Shown: positions 63,999 through 64,000 of the stretch, in pieces
Layout of the letters: every line of letters starts with the position of its first letter
Position numbering within the stretch: the first letter of the stretch is position 1
NCBI GenBank assembly: GCA_016196825.1
Contig: JACPWY010000019.1
Location: 22,644-86,643, forward strand
Source of the DNA: Deltaproteobacteria bacterium
GTDB taxonomy: Bacteria; Bdellovibrionota; FAC87; UBA2466
Length of the DNA: 64,000 nt
Direction: 5' to 3'
Notes under the pieces: generated by a model
The model's input: only the letters and a program-made list of their open reading frames with translations
What the model was told of the DNA's origin: nothing
Databases searched by the model: none
Position numbers and translations under genes: made by a program

Positions 63999-64000
63999 AC

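Noticed and set aside
1-64000. tRNA, rRNA, prophage or integrase/transposase genes
   Set aside because: Intergenic regions (for example 16324-16468, 29866-30013, 47749-47980, 59528-59592) were inspected and none shows tRNA-like cloverleaf features. No integrase, transposase or phage structural ORFs were recognised. The repeat elements are non-autonomous.

Overview
This is a 64 kb, GC-rich (about 60% by eye) stretch of bacterial chromosome with tightly packed genes on both strands. No rRNA, tRNA or CRISPR array was found. All calls rest on my reading of the supplied ORF translations and raw sequence; no database search was possible.

Main blocks:
- 1-16.3 kb: a surface-glycan and nonulosonic-acid-type biosynthesis locus. 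It has three SDR epimerase/dehydratases, a sugar nucleotidyltransferase, GT4 and GT2 glycosyltransferases, an FkbM methyltransferase, a cyclase-family protein, a Wzy/WaaL-like membrane protein, a DegT aminotransferase, a fused NeuB-like synthase/cytidylyltransferase, an Fe-ADH and a Wzz-like protein.
- 16.5-29.9 kb: a stand-alone HNH nuclease, then a dense signal-transduction cluster. It contains a hybrid REC-histidine kinase, a large membrane multi-PAS HisKA_2-type kinase, a VapBC pair flanked by AAA_14/DUF4143 ATPase paralogs, a REC-DHp protein, another multi-PAS kinase and a PAS-only protein. The last two carry striking in-frame tandem repeats.
- 30-44.7 kb: a second glycan-modification locus. 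It has GT2, a WbuC-like cupin, a SAM methyltransferase, two DegT aminotransferases, a MaoC dehydratase, an epimerase, an FkbH-like HAD-IIIC protein, an MBOAT, a DltD/AlgJ-like protein, an ACP, an FAD oxidoreductase and another epimerase.
- 45-47.7 kb: a 914-aa repeat-rich lipoprotein with a delta-60-type C-terminus.
- 48-54.5 kb: a five-gene operon encoding a secreted protein, a TPR protein, a membrane-anchored FliG-like protein, MotA and MotB.
- 54.5-64 kb: more glycosyltransferases and a methyltransferase, a TIGR02147-like HTH protein, a 47-aa highly basic small protein with a strong RBS, and Lon protease.

The features worth most attention:
- A family of about 180-bp MITE-like nested-palindrome elements with five copies. 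One sits in-frame inside a DltD-like gene, one forms the C-terminal tail of a methyltransferase ORF, and one supplies a stop codon.
- A distinct 192-bp palindrome at 6.4 kb.
- A non-canonical Dlt-like system (FkbH/ACP/MBOAT/DltD-like).
- The FliG-like/MotAB envelope operon.

Taxonomic origin cannot be determined here. The TIGR02147-like and delta-60-like proteins weakly suggest a Bdellovibrionota/deltaproteobacteria-like lineage, but this is inference only.
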